Shown one piece after another: positions 44,537-59,334 of a stretch of 64,000 bases of DNA (the stretch's first letter is position 1; every line of letters starts with the position of its first letter). The DNA comes from Eledone cirrhosa (taxonomy: Eukaryota), in contig OZ024740.1 in NCBI GenBank assembly GCA_964016885.1, positions 349,370,001-349,434,000 of the forward strand, given 5' to 3'. The notes under the pieces were generated by a model, which was not told the origin of the DNA, ran no database searches, and worked only from the letters and a program-made list of their open reading frames with translations. The position numbers and the translations under genes are program-made.

Positions 44537-46049
44537 CATGTGTGTGTGTGTGTATATATATGTGTGTGTGTGTATGTATATATATATATATTATCTTGGT
44601 AGATATAGATATATATGTAGAAGGATGCTATGACAGTCGTATACTGAGCCATTGTTAACAGGTTTGACGTCATCACTGTCATTATTATTAGAAAAACGAA
44701 AACCGCTTACTCTCTCTCTCCTCCTTTACTCTCTCACTCTCAAAGCTCAAGTACCCCTGTTCAAATACAAACCTCCTTACCAGCATCCAACATATTATCA
44801 AATATTCAGTCGCCAACAATCCACAACCTACAAAAACCATGTCTCAATAACAAAGGCTTTATGCTGTCTCGCGGCTTGTTAGAAACAACACCTACCCCTT
44901 TTAAATCACACTCTGTTGTCTTTAAAAGAAGAGTACATTGAACAATGTAATTCTAGATAATATCTAACACTTTAGTAGTCACAGTTGGAATATATTTGAT
45001 TATATGTCTACACCATCACGACAGAACTACCGGCCGATAGTCGCACTTTCTTTCACTTATATCATTACGACATTGGCCTCTGTTCATCTGGACTTGTTAG
45101 CTGCATACTCTCTTCACATGATCTATGTATCTTCTTTCTTTTTTTTTGTTTCATCACCCTCAATATGTTTTAACTCCCAGATCATGTCCTAAGCAATATT
45201 CCTCCTACCTCGGTCTCATCACAGTAGTCGATCTCATCAATGTGGGAAGAGGGTACAAACATCATTAAAACTGCCTCTTGATATTCCTTTATATCTGATA
45301 ACTGATTTTAATTTAAACACAAGGTCAGCAATTTGGACGAAGAGAGAAAAGATGAAAAGTTGACTTAAAACGGTTTTCAATTTAAGGGAAATGGTCAGAA
45401 ATTTGTGGATGGGAGAATCGTTTATATAGACCTAGTATTTGACCAGGATTTTGTTTTATAGAGCCCTAAAGAATGAAAGGTAAAATTGACCTCAGCAGTA
45501 ACGTAACGAGCAGGGATAAATACTGAAAATCATTTATCTGACGCCCTAACTTCTTTGCCAAACCACCAACTTGTTGCAGTCATGCATCTCATTTCATAGA
45601 TCTCGGTACCAGCATCTGGTGAGGTGCAGAAGAAATATGCAACGTCCAATTCAATTAAAGCGGGTTGGCTAAAAGTCCCCTTACGTATCAGAGACGGGAG
45701 TCTTTGTCTCCGGTCTGCAACTTCATTCGTATTGCTGGCATTTCTGTCGTCGTTGACATCCTCTCGAATACTTATCGGCAAGATTCCCTACAATATAATC
45801 AAGGAATTCGAAGCGGCCTACATAACTCGAACCAACAACGAAGATAGCCTCTATGTGGTCGTTTAACCTGCTAGAAGTAACATCCAAAATATCCCTCGCA
45901 TTATGTAAAACCTTCTGTCTTAACGATCGGGGCACATGATTGGGGTGGGTGGGGGGTTATAAAGAAAAACAAAACGGGGGTATAGTCACGATTGAAAACA
46001 TTTTTATTATAGGTTCTGCTCGAATACGGGCTGACCTATTAAACTACAG

Positions 46050-46165
46050 AAACAACAACAACAACAACAACAATAACAACATCAATAACAATAACAACAA
46101 CAATAACAATAACAACAGCAATAGCAACAACAACAACAACTACAATAATAGCAATAACAACATAA
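46050..46165. repeat. (AAC/AAT)n microsatellite
   Basis: Direct observation. Confidence 0.9.
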
Positions 46166-46789
46166 CTCAGCCGACATGGAACCGTTAACAGGATAGGAAC
46201 ATTATCAAAATATTCCGGAAACACGGGAAATACGCGGGAAAAGGAACGTCGTTAAAAGACAGGATGAACGTGAGGAACAACGTCATAACAATAATTGACT
46301 TCTTTAACTTTTTCTGCTCCTTTTTTCTTCATTTAGTTTATTCTAATGGGGTTATCTCTTAACTTACGATACTGTGACAACATTTCTAACAATGGGTGCA
46401 ATTTTCCAACTTATTAATATAATCTGACTCATAATTTGACCTACAATCATTCAACCTGCGAGAAATAGCAGACAAACCTATATTAATTCACAAACTTGCC
46501 CTCTTAAATAAGAAGGGGTCCATTCGATAATAGAGTTCTAAATACTCTAGAAAGTCTTTGATCATAGTTATCCCCAACTCTCTGTGTGTATTTCAGTGTA
46601 TTCAGTTCTCTTCTTGTGTCACACATTTCTAGGAAGTCCTCTATGACCCAAAGTTGCTTTTTGTATCACTACATCTCCAGCATATCATGTGCTGATTCAT
46701 TTATTGTTATATTAAATTTTGTTGTTTAAGGTTTCAGCGTCAGCATTATCCTATTCGTCTACCAACAGTAGAGATACAAACCTATAGTA

Positions 46790-47760
46790 ACCTGGAATAT
46801 TTCTCTGATGGTGAGGTTTCTGAGTTTGTCTGTGTTGCATTTTACCGGGTCTTCTTGCGGGGTCTTCATTTTGTTTAGCCTTATTTTGAGGTTCATAATC
46901 ACTATGTCAAGATCGTTCCCAATATCCGCTCCTTGTTGATGCCTGTTCGGAATTGATTTTGCACCAGGGTGTAATCAATTCAGTAATGTGCGAGCCAAAT
47001 CCAACATCATTATACTTTGTGCTATCCAAGCGTTTTAGCTAGCGTTATGTTACTGTATCTCACGAATTCCAGCAGACACATTCCTCTTTCATTCAGCGTA
47101 TCACTGTAAGATGGGTCACAGTAGTCGTTCCAGTCTTTCTACGCATCGACCCCAACTTATATATTTAAATATCTGGTATAATAAAGTTATCCTTTTCGTT
47201 GAGTTCCTTGTGTTATTTTGGAGCTAAGAGTAAAATTGTCCTATGTGCACAGCATTGTACTGATGTACGAGCTTACACTTGTACTAACGTGGTGTTAAAT
47301 TGTGTTGCTTTCACGCTAATGGGAATAAAACTGCTGAATACTGGGTGCTGTCCCAGTACTCATGAGGCAGCCTACACTGAAACTGCCCTGTTCATGCCAA
47401 TAGATCAATATGTCTCCGGTTTGTCTCCATCTGACCTCGCTCAAATCACAAATGTGCTCAGTCTACCTGTTTAGTTCGTGAGAGACTTCCTAGAGTTTTC
47501 CGGATTTGGCCAGAGTTCTAGCATTCCAAATACTTTTCTATGGTCTACCTGTAAAATAGTTAACACCTCCGGCTGGTGTTTAGAAGAAGACTCAATCCTT
47601 GTTGACCTGGATGATAACCGAGTCATCTTAGATTTAGATAATGTACTGCACATTATGCTGTGTAGATAGAGCAAATACCGCCCGGTGAAGTCCATCCCTC
47701 CCCATGCTTCACCACGACCGAGATTCTACAACTAGGAAGATCATTCTGTTCATGGACATG
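46790..47760 (-). mobile_element. Degenerate RTE-like LINE 5' region (AP endonuclease remnants)
   Basis: Minus-strand remnants IDYTLV, GADIGNDLDIVIMNLKIRL and VQVYAR, with many stops. Confidence 0.55.
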
Positions 47761-48001
47761 TGGCCATTGAGTTTCTTCTAGGAAACATATCAGTCTAGAG
47801 ATGTATCAATGTCACCCCATTACGCCGTTTAATGGGATGCTAGTGGCCTAATAAGATATGGCACTAAGAATCAAACGTAAGGGCTGTAAAAAGAAAAAAG
47901 GGACCGGTGAACCTGTACTCTACAAAGGAATGCAACAACCAAATGAACCTTATATATATATATATGAAACAGTTCTAGTCATTTAGAAGCCATTTCTATA
48001 T

Positions 48002-48037
<36 letters not shown>

Positions 48038-48719
48038 AGGAAGAATGCACTAAAAAGGCCGAGGGAACAACCCTACAAAATTTAATCAAATCGTGGAAAC
48101 AGGACTGCGAGAATGCAGAAATTATTTCCCTTAAACGGTGGGAAAAATCCGAAAACTGGTTCCTCAAATATGAAGAAGACTTTAAAAGGACGCACCAAAC
48201 AGGTAACCCCTTTATAAAGCATTTGAACATAACAAGAACTACAACAGACACATTTACACCACCAAACCCAACACACACTAACCACAGGCACATCCCCCAC
48301 CAACACAAACCAAATACGGCCAACTACACCAAAAGAAACACACCCAACCACCACAACACAGGTTTCCGTAGAAATGCCCCCTACATAAACCAACGACGAA
48401 ATAACATAGATCCAACTCACAACACACACACCACATTCCTCAGAAGAAATCCACCCAGACCACTTGAAATCACAACAGAACTTACCCACAACCACACCAG
48501 ACATCACCCTCAATCCAACAAAAGACAACCCCCCAACCTCAACACTCTGTACCACAGAAATAACGCACCCAGACCACATGAACCAACAACAGAACCCTTG
48601 CTCATCAACAACCACAACACATACCACCCCCACCATCACACTCATCCTCATGAAACAACAAGCTACAGACCCACACACAACAGACCAACAAAATATAATC
48701 ACACACAAAACTACATTCC

Positions 48720-48726
48720 TTTTTTA
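48720..48726 (+). other. Putative -1 programmed ribosomal frameshift heptamer T TTT TTA
   Basis: In the ORF1 frame (CCT TTT TTA GGG). The -1 frame is open from here into the RT. Confidence 0.7.
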
Positions 48727-51359
48727 GGGAAAAGCCTGAAATACCAGGATACTCGATGCCCCCCCCCCCCCCTCAGGAGAAACCAAAAATAATCAACCTC
48801 TCAAAGACACCTCTAACCAACACACAAATCAACATTTTAAGTAAGGGCCTGAAATTTACACCTACACCACGTAAACCAAACTTCCCCGAAATGAAGGATG
48901 ACATCATGGAATACTGCCGAAAGCTGCGACTAACGGAATTCTTCCACAACGACACCAACACTGAAGACGAATCACTGGTTAGAAATAAAAGCAATTTCTG
49001 CCCACAAAAGGGAAGAAATAAAGCACTGGACACGTACTGCGAACACATCACCAACTTTCCCTATGAAAAAATTACAAATAAACACACGAAATCAAACCTA
49101 TCTACACACGAATGGGAAGAATTATTCACACTTAGAAACAACCCTGAGATAACTATCAAAGAAGCCGATAAAGGCAGTACTGTTGTCATTATGAATACGG
49201 ACTACTATAGGACCCTCGCACTTAACATTTTAGAAAACAACACATACTATGAAAAAACAGAAAACTACAAACACACCAAAACAATGGGGAACCTTTTGAC
49301 CTTACTGAATAAATACCGCAACAGCTTAACCACAAAAGAGTTTAACTATATAAGCCACTTCAAATGCAATACAAGCTCTTTTTACGGCTTACCGAAACTC
49401 CACAAATGTAAACCCATAAACGATGCATGTGACACCTCAACCAACAATTACATTGAACTAACACCACCAGAAGACCTAAAACTCAGGCCAATTATAGCAG
49501 GCCCTACATGTGAAACCCACAGACTTAGAAACTTTCTGGACATCCTACTGAAACCCTTTCTACAACATATACAGAGCTACATACGAGATGACCTTGACAT
49601 GCTGAAATACCTCCCTAAAACAGTAAGTGCAAATACAATTCTTGTCTCCTTTGACGTAATAAACCTCTACACAAACATACCCCACAACTATGGAATAACA
49701 GCAGTCCAATACTGGCTTAACACACACCCATCAGAAATGCCGACACGCATCAACAAAGATTTTATCACTGACGGACTCCGCTTTATCCTACAAAATAACT
49801 ACTTCACATTCAATGGTTCAACATACAGACAAGTATCAGGTACGGCAATGGGCACGAAAGTAGCACCCACATATGCCAACCTAGTCATGGGATTCCATGA
49901 ACAACAAATATACAGTCAGTCCCTTCTCTTATTTGGAGACTCTTTCCACACACACCTCAAAGCCAATTGGAAAAGATATCTAGACGACTGCTTTATCCTA
50001 TGGCAAGAAGACATGAACTCACTTACTATGTTTAAAAACATGATAAACAACATAGATAATAACATACAATTCACAATGGAATCCAATCCCAAGGAATTAG
50101 CCTTCTTGGATATTCTCATCTCTGTAATAGACGGGAAATTAGATACAGATATATTCTATAAACCCACAGATTCCAAGCAATACCTCTTTTTCACATCAAG
50201 TCACCCAAAACATACAAAACTTAACATTCCTTACAATTTGGCCAAACGTATATGTACCATAGTATCAGATCCACCTAAACGGGAGCAAAGACTAAAGGAA
50301 CTAAAAGACACCCTTATCTTAAGAGCCTTTCCACTTGAAATAATCAACAATGGAATAGACAGGGCAAAACACCTAAATCCCCATCAACTTAACAATCCAA
50401 AACAGAAGACCACACTCAACACCCTGCCATATGTATCCACTTTCAACCCCAGAAATACCGAAATGTTTGATCACCTACACAAAACCTCCCCATCCTACTT
50501 AAAGATGTAAAAATGAAGTCTATTCTTGAAACACACAAGATCCTTAAAAGTAAAAGACAACCCAAATCACTAAAACGCATTCTCACTGGACCAAATATAC
50601 CCAAACCAATCCTCAACCCTACAGTTACCAAATGTGGTAGAACAAACTGTGGAACGTGCCTCTACCTCACTGAAGGACAAAAATTTACATTTAAAGATGA
50701 CCAAACATTTACAGTAAAAAACAATTTCACCTGCAACTCGGAGAACTTGATTTACGCAATAACTTGCGGTGGGTGCAAACACAACTACATAGGACGGACG
50801 GGCACCTCATTACGCAAAAGAATGACCATCCACCGCCAACAAATCCGGAACGCTAGCACAAGAAAAATCCCCTTGAGCAGCCATATTGCGAACTGCGCAG
50901 GAATGACACTACCCAACTTTAAAATCTTCCCCTTCTACAAGTGCTCAGATTCGTTCACACAGCAACAAAGAATAAACAAAGAAAATCTATTCCTTAACAA
51001 ATTTAAACCAAAACTAAACGGGTTATCACCCCAATAGAATTGTCATAAAATATAAACACACATACGCACGGAGTGACAGATATATGTGTTTGTATGTGTG
51101 CAAGTATATAATTATCACTACTATTAAAGACCAGAGACCAATTCTGTAGAATCAGGTTTATTCGTTGACAGACCATGCCTTTGTGTGACCAACACATCCA
51201 TGTTAAACCCTGCACGTGCACACACATATATCTATATATATATGCGCACACAGAATTCACCACTGTCGGTTGCGGGGCCCAATCTACATGAAGAACTCAA
51301 TGTGATCAGAATGACTTGTATTTTAATTTCACTGCCCTAACTTCTTATATTATGGAAAC

Positions 51360-51424
51360 AATATATGTGTATGTATGTATATATATATATTTGGAGGCCA
51401 TTTCTCTGTGTGTGGGTGTATGTA

Positions 51425-51470
<46 letters not shown>

Positions 51471-51491
51471 TGTATGTGGATGTATGTATTG

Positions 51492-51530
<39 letters not shown>

Positions 51531-51726
51531 GTGTATCTGGATGTATGCGTATGTGTATATATATATGTGTGTGTGTGTGTATATATATATGTGTGTGTAT
51601 GTGTATATATGTGTGTGTGTGTGTGTGTTTGTATGTGTGTATGTATATATATGTGTGTGTGTATGTATGTGTGGGTGTGTGTATATATATGTGTATGTAT
51701 ATGTGTGTATATATATGTATGTACAC

Positions 51727-51760
<34 letters not shown>

Positions 51761-51865
51761 ATGTATGTATGTGTGTATATATATATATATATATGTGTGT
51801 GTATGTGCATATATGTGTGTGTGTATGTGTGTATGTATATGTATGTGTGTGTGTATGTATGTGTG

Positions 51866-51909
<44 letters not shown>

Positions 51910-51950
51910 ATGTATGTGTGGATGAAGGTATGTGTGTATATATAGGTGTA
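51360..51950. repeat. Compound (TG)n/(TA)n microsatellite
   Basis: Direct observation. Confidence 0.95.
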
Positions 51951-52482
51951 AGTGCACTAAATCCCTTTCTATCAATCTCCCCTCTCCTACCGAGCACAGG
52001 AAGATATATGTATGTATATTGCTTCCACCCCCCTCACTGACCCAGCAGCTGGCCATCTGGCCATTGCTAAATTTGACCTTTATAAAATAACCCACACCCC
52101 CAAATAACTTCTCATTCACTACCAGAAGCAGTCAACGAGCTGCTACCAAGATGAAAACTACTATGAAATCCCACAATGAATTCTATACTTGAATTTTCAA
52201 ATCTCAAATTTTAACTCTTCTTATTATTAATTTTTCTTAATATTAATCAACATTTGAAAAGATGGCTTTTGCAGACCCATCGAAACCGGTCATTTTTTAT
52301 ACCCTTTATTATTTCCTTACCTTATAAAATTATATGTTTTTTTCACAAAAAAGTATTCTGTCTCTTATATATTCCATGTGCCATTACCAACCTCAATTTT
52401 CTCTATAACCTTCGTTTTGTGTAGTAAATTACACTTTTCATATATATATATAATATATATATATTATATAATATATATATAA

Positions 52483-52777
52483 ATATCACAGAAAAAAAGA
52501 GAATCAGTGTTGCGACGAATGGAATTTATTGGACATATTACAATCGTTTCTCAGGTGACCAGCTCGAGGCATGATCGATGTGATGATCAAACCTGACTCT
52601 GAAAATCCCAAGGTCCTCTGATACGTCTTATCGGAGGACCTTGCGATTTTTCAGAGTCAAGTTCGATCATCACATCGATCGTGCCTCGAGCTGGTCACCA
52701 GAGAAACGATTGTAATATGTCCAATAAATTCCATTCGTCGCAACACTAATTCACCAATTCTCTTTTTTCTGTGATAT
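52483..52777. repeat. About 295-bp fold-back hairpin
   Basis: Arms agtgttgcgacgaatgg...ctctgata and tatcggag...ccattcgtcgcaacact with a 5-nt loop and about 7 mismatches. Confidence 0.9.
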
Positions 52778-52882
52778 CATACTCTGCTCTATAAGAGCAT
52801 CGAGTGCTCAAACGGCCTACCGCAAACGGGCACTTTAAGCATCCAACACCAATTATATATATATATATATATATATTATATA

Positions 52883-53007
<125 letters not shown>

Positions 53008-53853
53008 TCGTTTGTTTTCATTTTTTGAAAAAAAAAATACATACCCGCCACACCAGGGCCGAAAATGCCGCCAAAGCCTCAACAAAACGACAACTCACTG
53101 AACCAGGACATCTTAAATGAACTCAAAGAACTTTCAATTTTGACCAACAAAGTGGACCAAATACATGTCTATAAAAAGGGAACCCATGAAAAAGGAGAAA
53201 ATACCCAAGAGACGAATATTACTCCAGCATTAACTAAACTAATCAAAACCATTGAAATAACAATGCCCCAAAAGCTTGGAACAACCATTAGAACCCAATC
53301 TACGAGATGTCCACTCAGTGAAAAACACTCTACTCAATATATGGACTCAAAAGCTCACAGCCCGCAAATTTGTCTTTTGGAATCTCCTAAAAAATAATGG
53401 CAAGGCAGATATATATTAAAAATGGCTAAACTCTACCCCAATCATCCTCCCAAAAAAAACTCCAAATAAAACCCATCCCGAATGAACCAGAAAACGAACA
53501 AAATCTTAGGGAAAAGATGGCCTTAGAAAAGTTTAAAATAGAAATAGAACTGTTGCGGTTAAGAGCCAACTCCAACGAAGAAAAATTCAAGTCACTCGAC
53601 CAACAGATGGAAAGAGAAATCTCAAGGCACTCTGAAGGCCTACTCTATGAAAAAACCTTAAAGTTTTGGAAAGAACACAGAACCTGTTCCAAAATCTTAG
53701 ATCCCAAACTCCACAAAGGAACAAAATTTACAACCCGGACCATCAACAAACCGAACCTCAATACGCCCGAAACTTCTATACAAGACCACACAACAACAGG
53801 GGAAATGTCATTAGATATAATAATACTCATGAAAAAACAATTCAGAAAAATCA

Positions 53854-53860
53854 TTTTTTA
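53854..53860 (+). other. Putative -1 programmed ribosomal frameshift heptamer T TTT TTA
   Basis: In the ORF1 frame (CAT TTT TTA GTC). The -1 frame is open into ...EKPKIINLS. Confidence 0.7.
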
Positions 53861-55452
53861 GTCCAAGGCTACAGGACCCACGACACCCGGTGGCACAAAC
53901 CAATTTTGAAAAACCGAAAATAATCAACCTTTCAAATACAAACTTCTCAGTCCAACAATTTAAAATTCTCTCCAAAGGACTGAAATTCACACCTACACAA
54001 TATTCTAACCTCAATGAGATAAATAACGACATCTCACACTTCTGTAGAAAATTACGTCTAACGGGGGAATTTTTTGACAAGGAGAATAACGACCAATCAA
54101 TTGTACGGAATAAAAGCAGCTACAACCCAACAAAGGGTAGGAACAGAGTTCTGGACAAATTTTGTGACAACATAGCAACTTTCCCATACCATGAACTACC
54201 GCAACCTAAACCCAAACCCAATACGAGTCGAAGGGAATGGGAGATTATCCATAAACTAAAAAGCAATACTGATTTTGTAATTAAAGAAGCGGACAAGGGA
54301 AGTACTGTCGTCATTATCGATGCTGAACAGTATAAACATTCTATGCTCTCTCTCTTACAAAACACTAACTACTATGAAAGAGTAAAAAACTACCAGCAAT
54401 CAAAAACGATGACCAGATTAAACACATTCATTTGCCAGGAAGACTTAACTAAAATGGAACGCGATTATTTAACACATTTTGAATACAAAACCAGCAACCT
54501 TTATGGACTTCCGAAGATCCACAAGTGTAAGATAATTAACGATGCCTGTAAAGAAACCCCCGCAACACTCCACTGACCTTAAATGAAGACCAATTGTAGC
54601 GTGTCCACAATGTGACACACACAGACTAAGCAACTTTATAGACATACTACTAAAACCAATTCTCAAACACATACCAAGCCTTGTAAGAGACGATCTGGAC
54701 CTCTTAAACCACATCCCCAAACATGTCAACAACGACACTATTATTGTGTCTTTCGATGGAGTGAATCTCTACACAACGATCCCACACCAATACGGACTAG
54801 AAGCAATAGGATTCTGGCTAGAGAAATATCCCAATGAGATACCTGACAGAATAGAAAAAAGCTTCATCACCGAGGGATTAAAATTTATTTTACAGAACAA
54901 CATTTTTGATTTCGATGGCAGTACTTACAAGCAAATATCGGGGACTGCGATGGGTACAAAAGTTGCTCCAACTTTTGCTAACTTAGTCATGGCATACTTA
55001 GAAGTCCAGATATATGAACACTCCAAATCAAAATACGGATTGAACTTCTACAAACATTTATCAGAGAATTGGAAACGTTACTTGGATTATTGCCTTATAC
55101 TTTGGTCTCACACACTCGATCAACTAAATGATTTCAACAATTTAATTAACGGCATCAATAACCACATGCAATTAACAATGGAATACAACCAAAATCAACT
55201 CCCAATTCTGAACATCTTAATCATAAAAAAGACACAAATATTGAAACTGACATACACTACAAACCAACAGATTCCAAACAATACCTGCTATTCACCTCCA
55301 ACCATCCAAAGCACACGAAGACGAACATCCCTTTTAACCTAGCAAGAAGAATTTGCACAATTGTCTCCAATTATGAAACGCGAAATAAAAGCCTTCAAGA
55401 ATTAAAGGAAATTCTGCTCGAGAGACAGTACCCACCATTACTAATAAATAAT

Positions 55453-55637
55453 TGTTTCTACTTTTTGGCACAAGGCCAGCAATTCACCAGTGTATTACTG
55501 GTACTTTATTTTATCGACCCCGTAAGGATGAAAGCAAAGTTAACCTCGGCGGGATTTGAACTCAGAATGGAAAGGGCTGTAACTCTTTGCGTCAAAGCAT
55601 GGCGTCCGACCCTCTACCGATACTGCCAATCCACACG
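55453..55637 (-). mobile_element. SINE inserted into the PLE ORF, 16-bp TSD
   Basis: TSD attactaataaataat at 55437-55452 and 55638-55653; same family as 12255-12440. Confidence 0.9.
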
Positions 55638-56401
55638 ATTACTAATAAATAATGGAATAGAAAGTGCTAAAGCAAAAGGCATTGATGAATTACGAAAACA
55701 GAAACAAATTCAAGGTACGTCCAATATTCTATCATGTATCTCAGCACACAACCCAAGAATTGCGGAAGCTTACAACACTATTCACAAGAACATCCCACTA
55801 TTGAAACAAGACCCAAGAATGAAAAAAACCCTTGAAACACACAAAATAATCAAAAGCCGAAAAGACAGCCGAAATCACTAAAAACATTACTCACTAATGC
55901 CAAATTACCTACCACAAATCCACAACCAACTGTCAAAAGATGGGGTCGCTCTAATTGTGGAACCTGCACTCACCTCATTGAAGGCACCACGTATACATTT
56001 CAATCAGGACAAAATTTTGTTGTAAAAAATCACTTCATTTGCTCATCAAAAAATTTACTTTATGCCATTAAATGTAAAGGATGCAATGAAGATTATATAG
56101 GGCAAACTAAACTCACACTCAGAAACAGAATGACAATTCATCGCTATCAATTACGAGACCCTACCACAAGACAGATACCGCTCAGTGCACATCTAGACAT
56201 ATGCGCAAGCGATAAGACACCCAAATTCCAAGTCTTCCCATTTTACCTTTGCGCTGACAATACAACAGAACAAATACAAATAAATAAGGAAATGTTTATT
56301 CAAAATATAGACCAGCATTAAATATAGTTTAATATACATGATGTTAACACCATAACATGCTAACCATCCAAACAGACATATTACATACACACACAGACAC
56401 A

Positions 56402-56456
<55 letters not shown>

Positions 56457-56770
56457 CACCTTCTATATTCGAAAATAAAAACCAGAGCTAAATAAACCTT
56501 AACATACGTTAATACTCCTTTACATGCTAACCATACCCCCCACACACACATAACTCCCTCCCCCATTTCTACTAACAGAATCATTTTCTTACACACACAC
56601 ACACACATATATTCTCTTCATCTTAACATGCTAACCATACTCACACACACATAAAACACCCATACACACACACACATAACTCCCTCCCCCATTTCTACTA
56701 ATAGAATCATTTTCCTACACACACACGCGCGCGCGCGCACACACACATCAGCACACAAATAAAAATATAT

Positions 56771-57406
56771 ATCTCTACTTTCTTTATTTCAATAGAAAGT
56801 CTGAATTTTGACACCTCAGCACATCAGCCATATTCACTGAACCAGAACAATTCTCCCTATCTCTTTTTTCTTAACCATTATCTTTTGTTTGGCACAAAAT
56901 TCTCTAAATGGCTACAAAGAATTCCCTGTTGGTCACGTGACTGTCATAACCAATCAAATTATATTTATAAAAAAAGTTTTTTGAGCCACTTTTTTAAGTG
57001 AAAAGAACCCTCAAACATAAAATTCGCGCGAAAGTTGATGTGCTTATTCACGTGACTGCATCAACCAACCAATTTTCACTCATATATGAAAAAACAATCT
57101 GAGCCCATAGGTAAATGACAAGATGTGATGCCTATTCACAAAATTTCAGCAAATTTCAATAATATTAAGACACCCTAATGGGGGTTCTATTATTTTCCTT
57201 ATAGCAACACTCAACTTCTCTGACTAACATTTTTTCGCCTGACCAATGTAATCAACAATATTTGTTTGTATTATTGTTTCGTAAATGAATTTGTCTTCGC
57301 TTTTGATTATCTGTCCTATATTTTGATTTCATTTTTTATCTGGGCATTTTAATGGGAACTGGGAATACCCCTGCTCCCGGGTATTACCGGGCACCTCATC
57401 TAGTAT
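56771..57406 (-). mobile_element. Probable HINE/Helentron-like non-autonomous element
   Basis: Minus-strand start tactagatgaggtgcccggtaatacccggg; the other end is uncertain. Confidence 0.45.
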
Positions 57407-57453
57407 ATAATATATATATGTGTGTGTATGACTAGAACTGTTTCATTCGGAGT

Positions 57454-57653
57454 NNNNNNNNNNNNNNNNNNNNNNNNNNNNNNNNNNNNNNNNNNNNNNN
57501 NNNNNNNNNNNNNNNNNNNNNNNNNNNNNNNNNNNNNNNNNNNNNNNNNNNNNNNNNNNNNNNNNNNNNNNNNNNNNNNNNNNNNNNNNNNNNNNNNNNN
57601 NNNNNNNNNNNNNNNNNNNNNNNNNNNNNNNNNNNNNNNNNNNNNNNNNNNNN
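57454..57653. other. Assembly gap (200 N)
   Basis: Run of N. Confidence 1.
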
Positions 57654-58951
57654 AAAGTTGAGGAGAGAGTAACAGAGAGGGAGACTGCTAGAAGTGGTAA
57701 AGATACAAGGAACGAAACAGACAGGCAGCATGGAAAAGTAATATGTGTATCTCCTCACAATATCCAGTGCGTTCTTTCTTGCCTGTATATCCGTTTTTTT
57801 AATTGTCACTGCTATTCAATAGCCTCTCTTTACTATTTATTCTCACACCCTCCTTCCCCAGCTTTAACCCACTTCGCCGTTATTTCATTCATATTCTATT
57901 TCTGTATTGACACATTTAAATAAGCTTTCTCAAATAGTCATAACTAACAATATTACATGTGAGACCATCCTTTCTTTTTTATAAAATACAGAACTACATT
58001 ATCCATTCTGTTTATTTTTTTAGTCAGAAATGGAAAGGCGCTAACTTTTTGAGGCCTCCAAGAAGGGTAGAAGAGAGGGAAAATGTGATCTTCAACTCTG
58101 AAAACTGATCAGAATGCTTGCAACAGAGTGCTATCCACTAAAGCAGAGATACTCAAACTTTTGGGGTCACCCCACCCACCCCCGACCACTTAATACCCTC
58201 AGCGCCTCAAAAACTATTTTCAGAGAGACCCACAAACACGCGAATTGTAAATAATATATAATAAATAAAATCTTTCATTTATATAAAATAAATGATATAA
58301 TATATACTGTGTAAATAAATATTATATTTTTTTTATTTTACTATATTTATAAATAATATGTATCATTTGATATTTAATATACTATTGTATCATCTCTACC
58401 GCCTCCCCCTTAGGCCGTGGCGCGCCTGGACCTTCTCAACCTGGTCAGGGGTGTATGCGTGTGTACACATATACATGCATGTTTGTGTGCATATTCATGC
58501 GTGCACGTGCTCGGCCGGATGTGTACACGCATTCACACACGCTTCCACCAACAACTTACTTAACACTCGCACATAAACATACATCGTAATACGCACAAAC
58601 CACCAACTGCACGACTGCACCCTCACCGCGATCCCGACACCCACACGCCGGACCACTCTTCCACCCACCGTAGCTCCCCCTCCTCCCCCTCTCCGTTATA
58701 TTCTTTTATTTTCTTTCTAATTTTATTTTAAACAAACTTTTTTAATTTTGGGTTTTTATTTGCGCTTTTCGTTTTGTGTTTTTCCTGATGAAGGGCAAAT
58801 CTCGATACGTTGACCATGTAACTCATTCTTCTGCCTCCAAGCATGACACTAATACGACTTTATGCTATTGCATCATCTTGGGGGGGGGGGCGGTTGTGTC
58901 CTTGATATATATATATATTGGAAAATGTGTGAGATCCTTGGTATAGTTAGG

Positions 58952-59170
58952 TATATTTGAAAAAAAGGAAAAGAATGACTTCACTTGTAGTTTTAAACAA
59001 TTTGATTTAATTTTATAATATTATAATATTATGAGTTGGTAAATCTAGTTGGTGCATCGCCGGGTGCACCAACTAGATCTACCAACTCATAATATTATAA
59101 TATTATAAAATTAAATCAAATTGTTTAAAACTACAAGTGAAGTCATTCTTTTCCTTTTTTTTCAAATATA
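58952..59170. repeat. About 220-bp near-perfect fold-back hairpin
   Basis: About 105-bp arms around the loop tcgccggg (59057-59064). Confidence 0.92.
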
Positions 59171-59178
59171 TCATTCTT

Positions 59179-59214
59179 TCTTCTGATGAAGGACTAGCGT
59201 CCGAAACGTTAAGA
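59179..59214 (+). ncRNA. Minimal type I hammerhead ribozyme
   Basis: tctt-CTGATGA-a ggac tagc gtcc-GAAA-cg-TT-aaga, with palindromic aacgtt at stem III. Confidence 0.75.
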
Positions 59215-59303
59215 CCTTCTTCCTGCTATATCAAGCGTTAACCTAATATATCCCTTCCATATACTGTACCGATTGCGTTGCTATTTCTGTTTACCTTTAA
59301 CAA

Positions 59304-59334
<31 letters not shown>

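Larger units (their letters stand above)
48035..52440 (+). mobile_element. Neptune-type PLE 1: partial ORF1 (to 48792), RT 48726-50510, GIY-YIG 50513-51037, 3' UTR/pLTR
   Basis: IINLS, LSKGLKFTPTP, KEADKG, FDVINLYTNI, GTAMGT, RYLDD, CGRTNCGTC and IYAITCGGCKHNYIGRT, with one frameshift near 50490. Confidence 0.92.
53065..56760 (+). mobile_element. Neptune-type PLE 2 (decayed): ORF1 53065-53923, RT-GIY-YIG 53860-56320
   Basis: MPPK-starting ORF1; IINLS, SKGLKFTPT, KEADKG, GTAMGT, RYLDY, NCGTC and YAIKCKGCNEDYIGQT. Several frameshifts and a SINE insertion. Confidence 0.88.

Noticed and set aside
45530-45935. GC-richer patch with overlapping short ORFs
   Set aside because: No recognisable motif or convincing splice structure.
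57422-57809. ORFs spanning 57454-57653
   Set aside because: Artefacts of the N gap.
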